63,570 nt of DNA, filler included, from Octopus bimaculoides (GCF_001194135.2; 7 parts of 7 records of this genome joined end to end with filler, not necessarily neighbours in it), one strand, 5' to 3'; counted from the whole stretch's first letter, positions 14,847-26,312 are shown. Made by a program: numbers and translations. Notes: generated by a model not told the origin, from the letters alone.

Positions 14847-14937
14847 TCTCTATATATAAAGATGATGCGTAGTCTAGACGGCGTTTTTAGATTTCATTAT
14901 TCTCTTTAACCCGGGCAACGCCGGGTATTTCTGCTAG
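14847..14937 (+). mobile_element. 91-bp mini-Helitron with both termini
   Basis: 5' TC (A|TCTCTATATATAAAG), subterminal hairpin CCCGG-GCAACG-CCGGG (14910-14925), 3' CTAG|T; sits at an A|T target. Confidence 0.8.
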
Positions 14938-15060
14938 TAATTTATATTTATTATTTGTATATAAAATAATCAAAATATGTGTGTATGAAGGCATATCTCA
15001 AAAGATTTATATCGTTTAGTGTTTTCAATATATATACATGTGTATTTATATATATATGTA

Positions 15061-15157
15061 TGTTGGAGCCTGGTGTTGCCATCCAGTTTCACCAGTCCTC
15101 AGTCAAATCGTCCAACCCATGCTAGCATGGAAAGCTGACGTTAAATGATGATGATGA
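15061..15157 (+). mobile_element. RTE-type tail fragment ending in (ATG)n
   Basis: CAGTCAAATCGTCCAACCCATGCTAGCATGGAAAGCTGACGTTAAATGATGATG, shared with other copies in the window. Confidence 0.85.
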
Positions 15158-16049
15158 TATATATATATATATATATATACAGGGTGTTAATAACAACACT
15201 CCGATCTCATGATGCTATATCTAAAGCAATTCGTCCACAGATTCCCTAACAATTTTCTTTTACTTTCAGGTGACCTATCATCTTTGATGTGAACGCAAGG
15301 AAATCCAAGATGGCCACCACCCCAGAACAATGCAGCTGGGAGAGCTTTTGTGGACACAGCTTATTATTTTGTTAAGGTAAGATCAACAAAAAAATTACTC
15401 CATCCATGGAGAAATAGATATCATTTAATGTACACTGTATTAAAATAGAGCTATGAATAGTTTCTTACCATTAAGACATGTGGTTATGCAGGTTTAATAA
15501 CTTGCCTTATGTCTCCAAGCAATCTACAGGCTCACAGTCCAAAGTCAATTTTTCAGACGTTTTCCCTAGACCTTAAACTTCCATGCTTATAAACCCCACC
15601 ATAAACTAAAGGAGGAACTCTCTTATATACACAAACAATCCTGTGGTGCCCCCCACCCCTATAGTATTTAAAAACCTGATAGCTATCACCAATGATAGGA
15701 TATCTAATCTGTCCTGCTCTAAAAAGTATTTCATAAGACAGCCCTCTACTATAACACCCTAGCTAACAGCAGCTTCTAAGATAAGGTATATTTACAACAC
15801 TTCAATTAAAAATATGAAACCTAAAAATAGACCTAGGAAAAAGATTTGCTCCCCACTTTCTTCCTAAATGTAGTCAAGAAATACCTGGCTCTTTTAGATA
15901 AACATTTCCTGGTAAAACCATAATTGCAGGAGGAATTTTAATAGATGCTTGATAAAAATATCATAAAGTTGCTGTCCCAGTATAAAGAACATTCTTGCTC
16001 ATTATCCTCATTCAAGAGCCCACCCTCAGTTATAACCTAAAGCTTCCCC

Positions 16050-16621
16050 GCTTGACCAGTAGTTGCAGAAATTCTGAACTGGAAACTACAGCCTAGAAGA
16101 TAAGCCTTGTGCTGGAAGATCTGTAGAACTCAACGAGGACATCCTGCAAACCCTGGTGGAACAAAATCCCATCGCAACTGTCGAGGAATTAGCAGAGAAG
16201 CTTGGATTTGGTCATTCGAGTCAGTACTGGACGAAACACAACCATCTTTGGTTTCAAGATGAAAGGTGATCTTTCATCGGCATAATGCTCGGCCACATAC
16301 AGCAAGGATGACATTCCAAAGGCTGGAGCAGTTTGAATGGAAAATGATGCCCCACTCACCATATTCCACAGTCATCAAAATCATTTGGACGGAAAAAACA
16401 GGAATTCTGTAGACATGGTTAGAACAGTAGTGGAGGAGTATTTTTCATCATGGACAAGTGAATTTTGGAAGAGAAGCCTTGCAAATTTATCAGATAGATG
16501 GAAGAAGAGCATTGTAGAAAATGAAGGAGTGTATATTTTAGATTAAAAAAGAATTCTGTGTTAATTTTGAAAAATAAATGAAGCATAAAAAAAAACGCAT
16601 TATTTATGGGATAACCCAATA
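16050..16621 (+). pseudogene. Internally deleted mariner element
   Basis: GNYSLEDKPCAGRSVELNEDIL..LVEQNP, HNARPHTA, MPHSPYS, EFWKRSLANLSDRW..VENEGVYILD*, then TIR-like CATTATTTATGGGATAACCCAATA. Confidence 0.9.
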
Positions 16622-17207
16622 GTTGTTTGAAAACTTACACAACTTCAATTTCTGTGCAGCTAATTTCCCTCAATTGTAATCCTATGCATTACTATGTTTT
16701 GGGTATGGTCAACACACTGACCAGTCTGCCAGCAACACCAAGGAGGTGTTGACACTGAGTGGAATGCATGCCCCACATTCCAGAGCTGTCTTGAGGCTGT
16801 GGAGGAAGGGAAGCTGAGGACCAATACTACTTTGAGGAAACTGTTATCTCCCGGCCATAATCTGAGAATTAAAAAATTTTTTTAAATACTTTTATTTTTT
16901 GATGGGATATTGTTTTCTTTTCCCTTTCGTGCAAATTTAGTCTAAACACCCAGTATGTCCGTGTATATATATATATACATATGCATATATAATAACCAGC
17001 ATTCTTCAATGTTCACTTTTCCATTTGTTGAGGCAAGTTTTTCTTTCTTCCAATAATACATATCTCATTTAGGCATCGCGAAACCAATAACTTTGTGTAG
17101 AACTCAATATACGGATGTTTGAGAATGAAGCGTTGGCTGAGTATAGAATGGTAATAAAGAAGAAAGAGATGACAAAGGAATAAACGATTATTTTATGAAC
17201 TTCATTT

Positions 17208-17286
17208 GCTTACAGCTGTTTCTGCTGTGCGATGCAGCAGACTCATAGTTGAGTACCTGAATAACAGCTGACAGCTTCATCAGAGC
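17208..17286 (-). ncRNA. Type I hammerhead ribozyme motif (Penelope-like)
   Basis: Minus strand GCT-CTGATGA-A-GCTGT[long loop]ACAGC-A-GAAA-CAGCTG-TA|AGC: intact core, palindromic short helix III, GUA triplet, 3-bp stem I. Confidence 0.65.
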
Positions 17287-17683
17287 CTCGAATATAAAGT
17301 ACAATTTATTTGGGAAAGAACTACATTTGTGCCTAAAAGTAAGAAGTACAGCTAAAAACGATCAGCCGATTTGTAACAGACACAAACCGAGTAAAATGGA
17401 ATTAAAGAGTTGCAGATTTAAAAAGATTACAATCAAATACATTTTGTTATTTTTAATTTTATTTTTCCAAAAACCAATGTTTAAAAAAAAAGATAATGAT
17501 CAAATTTAAAACGATGAATAATGGTGGTTAACCTTTTTTTTTGTCTTTCTGCAATGGACTGAAAAATAGGAAATTCATTCATATTTCATTTGAAAGTTAA
17601 CCAAGTAAAGGATTTAACAATACTTCCCCCTCAGCCCTGTCTTTTATTAGACTGGAGCACCACCAGATACCAATGACCCAAAG

Positions 17684-18038
17684 TTAATTCCTCTGGTATG
17701 GATTGTATCGGTCTCTATTGTAATATGGACGTCCTTGGTAATTATTTTGATAGCCACCACGATAACCCCCACCCCCACCGTGATTCCTTCCACCATGGTA
17801 TCCTCCACCACCACCGCCGCCATGGTAGCCACCACCACTACCACCATAGTTGTGATAGCCACTACTGCGGTCACGATAATGGTAGCCATCATTGCGATTA
17901 TGGTAATTGCGGTAACCACTGTTGCGATCATAATAACCTCCATCTCGATCATGATAGCCACGATCTCTGTAGCCGCCGCCGCCACCACCACCACCACCAC
18001 GCCCACCGTGCCATCCTCTACGATCACGACCATGATAC
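17684..18038 (-). CDS. RAMAC: RAMAC last coding exon (Gly/Arg/Tyr/His low-complexity tail)
   Basis: Acceptor ttctctctgcag|G; phase 2 matches the upstream exon; reads YHGRDRRGWHGGRGGGGGGGGYRDRGY...RPYYNRDRYNPYQRN*, TAA at 17686-17684; AATAAA 36 nt later. Confidence 0.88.
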
Positions 18039-18182
18039 CTGCAGAGAGAACAAAATATTAGATTTCAATCACAACTTTCAAGACACATCTTACTTGATAA
18101 ATATTTACATTACAAGAGAATTGAAAGCTTTAACAAAAATAAAACTCTTTAAAATCTTCAACTTTATTATTTGCTGGTCATT

Positions 18183-18407
18183 ATTAGCCCCAAGATTCCG
18201 AGTTTGATTCCAGGCAGTGAACAACAACAACAACATCGAAAAAATACCTTAGGAATGAGAACCCAGGTTCGAAACTTCCCCAAGACACCTGATGAAGGCT
18301 GGAGGGTATATCAGCCAAAATGTGTTAACAACAAACAAGATTAGGACAAATATCTGTCAAATGTAAATAATGTACATAATTCCTCATCTCTTAAATATAG
18401 AACTGTA
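18183..18407 (+). mobile_element. tRNA-headed, hammerhead-tailed SINE (5'-truncated, degenerate core) in RAMAC intron 2
   Basis: B-box GAGTTTGATTCC, (AAC)n, then GACAC-CTGATGA-AGGCTG..CAGCC-AAAA-TGTGTT; colinear with the copies at 60451 and 60793. Confidence 0.8.
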
Positions 18408-18409
18408 AG

Positions 18410-18960
18410 ATATGGAGATATCGAGAAAAAGAATGAATGAGGTACAAAAGCACATGGTGAATGACAATGAATTGGACATTTCTGTATCCGAAACCGGAAG
18501 CAGCAATTCTGAAGAACTGAAACCCTTCTACTCCACGCTGGTGAAATTTTCTTTGGTTGATTTTTGCAATCCATATGCCTCAGGGTCTTTTAAGAAGTTC
18601 ACAATGGTGGTTTTACTGCGACCAACTTCACTGGAGATGGCACACCGAGAAAGACCTTGCTTCTGGAACTCTACAATTCTACCAAGTTCAAAATTCATCA
18701 ACATATTAGCTTTACTCATTGTTGTTCTTGTGAAACAGATAGCAAGTGACTGGCAGTTGTTGACATAGAGAAAGCATAAACACTAGAATTTTTATACCAG
18801 ATTTAAACTTTTTATTTGTCATGGTCTTAAATGTCTGACCAGGCATACTTTTCTATTTGCCAATTATGAATCTATAATGAAAAATAGTCAAATATATCAG
18901 TGTGCAAGGAGTTCATTTTGGCAGTTTTTTTCACTGGTCATAAGATTTTATCCAGCAGTG
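18410..18960 (-). pseudogene. Tc1/Tc3-like transposon 5' fragment
   Basis: MSKANMLMNFELGRIVEFQKQGLSRCAISSEVGRSKTTIVNFLKDPEAYG (paired-like HTH); CACTG... terminus at 18960. Confidence 0.85.
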
Positions 18961-19223
18961 TCTATACACACACACCTGCCTCGAAGAGTGAGGGCATTGA
19001 TGAGGCTGTGAATAGCGACAAAGGGGACTTTGGCAAACAATTCATTATTTAGTTGGTCCAATCGACTCACAATAAAGACGAGGAAACAGAGCATATGTTT
19101 ATTATCATTACTGGTATAACGACCCTCCCAAAACACAAGGAAATCTCTTTATTTGATGTAATTTCCATTCAGTTCCAGATGATGTTTACTCTTCTTCAGA
19201 AATGACAATTTATTTCAACTTAC

Positions 19224-19411
19224 CCTGACCAATCGTAGTTTCTCTTGGACTTGGTGTGCCATGGGATTACGGCTGGCGGCGGGGCAGTTTCCTGTGCCAC
19301 AACTTCTTGATATTCCTTGTCTTCATCTGTGTAACGATGCTTAAAGAGTTCTTCAAGTTCATTTTCAAAGTCACTTGAAACAGCCTCGTCTTCAGAGTTG
19401 TCAGTCGACAT
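19224..19411 (-). CDS. RAMAC: RAMAC first coding exon (RNMT-activating domain)
   Basis: MSTDNSEDEAVSSDFENELEELFKHRYTDEDKEYQEVVAQETAPPPAVIPW aligns with human RAM [33 protein letters not shown]; acceptor ttccttacag (exon starts 19416), donor GG|gtaagt. Confidence 0.92.
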
Positions 19412-21884
19412 ATTAACTGTAAGGAAGAAAAAGTCATTTTTCTATGAGATGACAAAAGAAAGCTACCGTTTATTGGTGTCCACATAAGGAGCCTGACCCA
19501 GCTAGATAAGAAAGGGAAGAGCAGCATGCGGGGAAAGGTCATCATCATCGTTTCACACCTGTTTTCCATGCTGGCATGGTTTCTATGGCTGGATGTCTTC
19601 GACAAGTGCACTAAGACAACTGATATAAGCAACCATGAACTTCTCAGCTCATTTGCTGGATAAGGTTGTTAGTTAACCCTGTACCAATTCAGATGAAAAT
19701 AACAAAACATGTATGATTCATGCCAGCATTGAAAAGGGGGACATGTGCTGCAGATAGCTAACGGTTTAATGAATTTGTAGAATAGAGACAACCCAAAATA
19801 TAGGAAAAGTGGTAGGGTCAAGTAGTAAATTGAGATCTTAAGGCTGACAGGTAAGAGGATTGCCCGGTTGTAAGAGAGAGTTGCATACCTGGTCCAAGCA
19901 AAAGTAATAAATATTATAACAAGATCAACAGTTGTTGCAATAATTATAATTCTTGGATTCAGTAGAAAGAACAGCCTCTTCATAAGTAAAGAGAACTGCT
20001 TTTGAATTATGCATAATCCTGTAGCTTTAAGATTTTGATGACAGGGTTATTTTTTAAATGACATTGTAATAGTAGTGTAGGTGTCTGATGCTGAATATAA
20101 ACCAGATCTATCTAAGCCTTAAATGTACTTGCTTTAATGAAATCGTTTTCTCATCAAGACTTGAATAATTTGTTGGGACACAGATGTTTACAAATATTCT
20201 CTCACGTTTTATTGGAAATATTCTTTTAACCACTCAAAAAGCGACCCAATGATTTTTTAAAGATTATCTTGCTGTCACGAACCCCACGCACGATCTGTTA
20301 CACCCGATCTAGGATGTTGTCTTCATAACCCCATCAACTACACCAATGGATTTCCTATCAGGTAAATAGGCCACGCATAAGTTCCAGTTGATTTCTCTTT
20401 GATAGATACTTCGTCACGCACCAATGGCCGCAGCTTAAGATGAGTAACTGCTGTGCTGTAAAACTAACTTTCCTTATCCACAAGCAAATCGCAACATTCT
20501 AGCTCCGGTCATCAAATGAAATGAATTCAGATACAAAACGAACCAGTAGCTTCAACACTAAAAAAACATACACATCTTTATTGGATCTAAATATTTGCTA
20601 TTTGCTCTGACATTATTTTTTTAATTGTATTTGAAAAAAAAAAAGGGGTCAAGTTTGCGTTTGTCTTTTCGATCCATCATTCCCTAATCCACTCTGTTGT
20701 CAGGAAAACCCTAATAACAACAGACCAGGAGAGGCACGTGTGTGTGTGTATGCATGTCGCTTTTTATGCAAACCCACAACGTAATTAATTCTTTTGTGAA
20801 GGGAAATAAAGCTAATCTTAATGTTTTCGTAATTAAAAATATGAATAACATAATTCAGTGGCAACTTTATCTCTCACTCGGTTTGATGTACAATTCGGCG
20901 AGGTTATTAATATATCTCTGCAGAAATAAATATTGCTAATCTAGAAAAGCCGATCAAATCTGAAATTTGGTGATAATCTGCGTTCTTAGTTTACCAACAT
21001 TACGAACATTTAAAAATATTTACTGTTTAGAGCAACATTTAAATTGTTCGTTCATCAGTGAAGCAATAAAAACCATCAGAATATAAAGTGATAGTTTATA
21101 TATAAAAGAAAAATAAACGAACGGCTGAGAAGAGTTGAGGGGAAGAGTTTTTGTCCCGAATTGATTTGAAATTTCTTAAGAAACTACCACGTGACCAAGA
21201 TGGAGTCAAATGTCTTTTTTGTTCGAATTTTGGATTCTTTGAGACTTTTAGGAAATATTTTGAGTTTGGTTCACTAATATTTAATATTTAACATTTAATT
21301 ATTAAATAAGCACTTAACGTTTTAGTTATTAAAATATTTAACGTTTATTTTCTTAAATAAACATTCGATGTTTATAAATTCAAGTTTATTTCACATTTTA
21401 AAATGAGAAACCGAACAAATCACAAATAAAATATAAAGTTGTTTGCACAACAAAAATATTTTAGATTCTTGATAAACACCGTCAAAAGGATTAATTAAAA
21501 CTTATGACTAAATTAAAAATGTTAAAAGGTTACTTTTTAATCAGATTCAAATTTAAGTCAGTCGTAAATATTTAGTTAGAGTGGAGAATTAAATAATATC
21601 AAGTTCTACTGGTATCTAATCATTACTTGCATTTAATTATTAAAAAAGATGCAATCGATGTTTGTGCAGCGATTGAAATGAAAATCGGTAAATTTTATAA
21701 TTTCACACCAGAGATTCGATCATCGAAATTTTATATTAAATAAAGGAGAGAAAAGGAAAATCTCATGGTTTGCACAAATCATCAGTTTTAAAATCTGTAG
21801 AAAAAGAAATCTTGAGTTGAAAATGAAAAGATCTGTAGCCAAAATATAATAAAAACAGGCAAGAAATAGCCGTTTGTTACTCAC

Positions 21885-21930
21885 ATGTGGAAGTCTCAAA
21901 GTCGGTTTCACGGTTGTTGTGAGGGGTTAT
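21885..21930 (-). other. RAMAC: Probable non-coding first exon of RAMAC (5' limit approximate)
   Basis: Minus-strand donor CAT|gtgagt at 21884, in the only CpG-richer patch upstream of the 19416 acceptor. Confidence 0.6.
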
Positions 21931-21950
21931 GCAGCCGGAAGTGACGTCAG
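21885..21950. promoter_or_regulatory. Compact bidirectional promoter RAMAC/CCNH with ETS-CRE composite CCGGAAGTGACGTCA (21935-21949)
   Basis: Opposing splice donors at 21884 (minus, gtgagt) and 21951 (plus, CAG|gtgagt) bracket the motif; plus-strand acceptor gtgttcag|G at 22198. Confidence 0.7.
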
Positions 21951-22247
21951 GTGAGTTCCGCTTTAATGACCACATGGTAGAGGAGTCGTCTTCATTGATG
22001 TTTATATTGTGTTATTGGTCGGATATCTAACATCAGTGTTGCATATATATATATATATATATATATATTGGTTATATACTTGGATATTTAACGTTGCCTA
22101 GTACGGTACTATGCAAAGATGCAAACTGTTTAACTTATGTAATTAGCAAAGTATTACATCGGAAGCCTTTAACACGGAGTTGTTTTAATTGTGTTCAGGA
22201 TTGTTATATTTGGTTTGTGTTTTGTGTCTGTTTCCGTAATAATAGTA

Positions 22248-22364
22248 ATGTTTGCCATTAGCACACAGAAATCACACTGGACATTTGACTCAGACTCAGC
22301 TCTCACACGGCTGAGAAGAAAAGCTCACGATGATTACGTTGAAAGCCACAGAGGTTCGATCTCG
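22248..22364 (+). CDS. CCNH: Cyclin H coding exon 1
   Basis: MFAISTQKSHWTFDSDSALTRLRRKAHDDYVESHRGSIS (cf. human [23 protein letters not shown]); donor gtaggt; 117 nt. Confidence 0.95.
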
Positions 22365-23962
22365 GTAGGTATATCTCTTGAGAAACTTTAAACCGTCAAT
22401 TTCATTGCGATTACACGAATAATTATTGCTTCATTGTATTCCATGAAATGGAGTGATTCATAAGATCTTTATTTCTTCGATTCTTGTTGAAGTTCTCATT
22501 CTAGTTAAGAAATATCTCCAATACATACGAATTTATATTTCTATGTTAACATATTTGATGAATCTTTAAGAGTCGATTGACATGGATAAAGTGAAAAAAT
22601 ATTTTAGATTACTCGAGAAAAATATCTGGAAAACAACAGAATAGGAACTTTATTTTATGGATTAAATATTAGCGTTACCCTAGCAACCAGTAGCCTAAAA
22701 TGTACTTTTTCCATCGATAAATGTAGAACTTGAATGAGAGGTATATTTGGGGTTTTTAAGAATTTGGTGTATGAAAGTAAATGGTGCTGTTAGTAAATTT
22801 TAGAATTGTTCAACATGTATTTAAGAACCAGAATGAAAAGGGAGGATGTTAGTCATGACCATTTCTTTCGATGGTCGCTAACCTTTTTAAAGCCCCCAAA
22901 ATCCTCACTATTGATCATGCATCCATCATAATTATGTATTCTCGTCATAAAATAAATATTTATGTGAAAGCTACAACCACTTGCTCTTTGCCAACATCTC
23001 TTCTTCGACGACGACGACTAATTAGTGCTATGGTAGTTTTTATTTCCCTTCAACTTCCTTGTTCTGACGACTCTAAGCCTTTTTGCTAACAAGCGCTAAC
23101 ATGAGGTTTGCTATTGCTGAGACACGAAATGGAAGCTACTCTGACGTTCAGAACTATAAAAATTAAATTCAGTCCACTTGAAAAACATCCTAATTGTAAT
23201 TCCTGGAGTAAGGGGGAAGAGAGAGAGGGGACAAGCTTCACCTATTTCCACGCTATCATTGAACCTCAGAATTTACCGAGGGCTTCCAGGATGTTTTATA
23301 CGGAGGTCCCTAATCTTCATATTGAAGTTCTCGGTGGTGTAAAACATTACACCTTTAAAATAACTCTTAAGAAGCTGCATCTAAAGTAATACAACGAAGA
23401 CATGAGGGATGTGTCAACAGGAAGACATATTGACGACGTTCCGGTTGCAAGCGTGTGCCAACCTGTTATAAACTCGGCAATAAAAGAGAGAAATAAAAAT
23501 TGATCTAGAATCATGAATAAGGATGAAGCTTTGAGAAAAAAGCAGTAAGACTTTTGATACACTCATTACATTCAGATTTATCAACCTCTTGTGTTTTCTG
23601 GACTAGTCTCCTCTCCTCAACCTCATCTGAAACCTATTTAAAACAAAGATGCTGACTTCCTTCCAACTTTCAGTCTTGATCCTCTTCTAACTCTTCCTCC
23701 TCACTTAATGAAAAAGTCATTCTGAAATTAAAGATGTTTGCAATTTACTATCGAAATCTGTTTCCAGTGAAAATAAAGTTTAGTCTTGAAATGATTTTAT
23801 CTTAGGTGAGGGTTAAAGAGCAATACTGACTCCATGATAACGGTATATTATAGAAAGGCGAGGATCTTAGAAGGACACTCATGAAAAAAGAAGAAGAAGA
23901 GTAAAACAGCAGGAAGCCAATTCCTTGTAAATAATGTTGATTCTATACTTTATCTCATTTAG

Positions 23963-24085
23963 GATGAAGATCTTGAAGCAGTTCTCTTTACTTATGAAGA
24001 GGAATATATACTTGCCCGTCATTATGAGTTCATCATGAAAGAATTCTGCAATCGTTTCCAGCCACCAATGCCTAAATATGTTTTG
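23963..24085 (+). CDS. CCNH: Cyclin H coding exon 2
   Basis: ctcatttag|DEDLEAVLFTYEEEYILARHYEFIMKEFCNRFQPPMPKYVL|gttagt; 123 nt. Confidence 0.95.
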
Positions 24086-24571
24086 GTTAGTAAGCCATTT
24101 AGTAGTGTTACTGAAATCTGATTTTACTGATGTAGAGTGAATGGATTTGGTTGACAGAAACTGAAAGAAGCCCATTATACACACACACACACATATATTA
24201 TGTGTGTGTTTGTGCCTGTAACTTTGTTTCTACATCAGGTGATGGTTTTAAATGAGTTCATCACAGCCATTCAAGCGAGATTCTTCATTTCCAGACATTC
24301 CATGTCTGGTTATGGGAAAAGATTACCTTGCTTAGAAATAGGTGAGGATTGGTGATAGGATGGGTATCTGTCCATAAAAAGAATCTACCTTGACAAATTC
24401 CACCTGACCTCTGCAAGCAGATTCAGCAGGAGGATATTGAATTTTTATGGAACAGCCCATTGAAATGCAGTCTTCAAAAACAGCCTTGTGTATTTAGGGG
24501 TCTTTTTATGTTTTCAGGTCAACTTTGCTCTTCATTTTTCTAGGTTTCATAAAATAGACATCAAGGTTGAT

Positions 24572-24644
24572 GTATAACACCTGTATACATTTATACCTGT
24601 ATACATTTATACCTGTATACATGTATAACACCTGTATACATTTA
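24572..24644. repeat. Short minisatellite of CCTGTATACATTTATA-like units in CCNH intron
   Basis: Four near-identical units, each containing the palindrome TGTATACA. Confidence 0.85.
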
Positions 24645-24928
24645 CATGGTGTTCCATAAGGGTCAGTTATTGAATTGCATCATGTCCAAAAAGCTGTGCA
24701 ATGTAATAATGCCTGTTGGCATTTACTGCCCAAAGAAAAGTAAAGGGAGTCCCCCAAAACAAATCATTTTCTTAAAAACAAAATTTACTCTTTTTTTAAA
24801 AATTTTTATTTGCCAGTTTTAGAACAATTGGTTTAAAACTAGAAGAAGTGTGCAATACTAGTTTTCTTTTTGCATCTTTGGAATTGTTTTGTATGTTTTT
24901 TAAAGTTAAATTTGTTTTCTTCCCTCAG

Positions 24929-25002
24929 GGAACAGCCATGACATATTTCAAAAGGTTTTATCTTTACAATTCAGTTATGGATTTCCACCCTCGTGATATC
25001 AC
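24929..25002 (+). CDS. CCNH: Cyclin H coding exon 3
   Basis: ttccctcag|GTAMTYFKRFYLYNSVMDFHPRDI(T)|gttagt; cyclin-box motif; 74 nt. Confidence 0.97.
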
Positions 25003-25264
25003 GTTAGTAATTTTACTTTCTGAACATTTTCATTCACTAATTTAGGAGTAATTCTTTTGAAGAGGCTTGAAGTCATGAATGATGTTTTAGATGCAGATTT
25101 TAAGAGCTATACGACTTGGACATTTTTTGTTGATAAATAAGCAACCTTTTCTTCTCAAATTACAGAAATAGGATTTAATTATAAAACGTGTTTTTCAAGA
25201 GAAGTATGGTTAAAATAGTTAAATATGTTAATAAAAGGAGTTTACATTTTTTTTCTTCATCCAG

Positions 25265-25466
25265 GTTAACAAGTGTATATTTAGCAAGCAAAGTGGAAGA
25301 ATTCAATGTGTCTATCAACCAATTTGTTGGGAATCTGAAAGGAGATCGGGACAAATTTGCTAATGTCATTCTTGGATTTGAATTGTTGCTCATGGAGAAG
25401 CTGTCTTATCATTTAACTGTGCACAATCCTTTCCGTCCTCTGGAAGGTTTTCTCATTGATATGAAG
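25265..25466 (+). CDS. CCNH: Cyclin H coding exon 4
   Basis: LTSVYLASKVEEFNVSINQFVGNLKGDRDKFANVILGFELLLMEKLSYHLTVHNPFRPLEGFLIDMK|gtgaga; 202 nt. Confidence 0.97.
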
Positions 25467-25979
25467 GTGAGACTCACAGAACTTCTTACACCACCTTGAT
25501 GGGTTACTCAGGCAAACTGTATCATTCCACCACCAAATAACTTTGCTCCATAGCCCTTAACAAGGTATTTCATAGAAATCCTCAGTTTTCATCTAAAATA
25601 CAACAATCGAAATCTATCTCTCTGCTGTCAGAGGCATTGGTTAGAATTTCCCTTCCTAATTGCAGGATCTTTTACCATACCTTCCTCATGTTGTGTAATG
25701 CATTATTCAAGAGGAGACGTTCTAGTGGTGGGCATCCATGCAGTTTTCATCTACTAAATACACTAATAAGACATTGGTTGACTTGGGATTATAAGCAAAA
25801 GACACTTAGACACTTGTCCAAGGTGCCATGCAGTGGTATTGAACCCAAAACCATGTGGTTGCAAAGTGAGCATCTTAATCACACAGCCATATCTTTGGAT
25901 TTCTCTGATATATTTGTTTTGAAATTTATTTCTTAAATCAGCCCTTTTTTTCTTTTTCTTTTTTTTTTTTTACTTACAG

Positions 25980-26087
25980 ACAAACTGTCAGACTTGTAGT
26001 GATCCAGAAATACTGCGACCACAAGCTGAAGAATTTTTAGAAAAATCCATGTTGACTGATATTTGTCTGTTGGTTTCCCCAGCCCAG
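25980..26087 (+). CDS. CCNH: Cyclin H coding exon 5
   Basis: tacttacag|TNCQTCSDPEILRPQAEEFLEKSMLTDICLLVSPAQ|gttaag; 108 nt. Confidence 0.93.
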
Positions 26088-26312
26088 GTTAAGTATAATA
26101 AATATTACTATTGTATTTGTCTAGGGGTGGGGGCAATAATTCTGCTAAGACGTCCACCCTGTTTCTATGTCTTCTTAGTCTCTCCATTTTATTCTAATGT
26201 CATTGCAAGACAATAGAGTAAATGGGGTTTTTTTTTTTTTTTTCAATCTTTATATTATTTAGTGAATTGTATCAAATTGATTTTATTTATTGACATGTTA
26301 TTTAATTTTCAG

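Noticed and set aside
17647-18207. ORFs of 128 aa (MVVIVEDG..., minus), 169 aa (His-rich, plus) and 108 aa (Thr-rich, plus)
   Set aside because: Shadow frames of the Gly-rich RAMAC last exon; the real frame is set by the upstream splice phase
23108-23560. Possible hAT transposase remnant in CCNH intron 1 (DMRDVSTGRH); similar unassignable decayed coding-like tracts at 20200-20560 and 41050-42100
   Set aside because: Similarity too weak to assign by eye; needs a translated search
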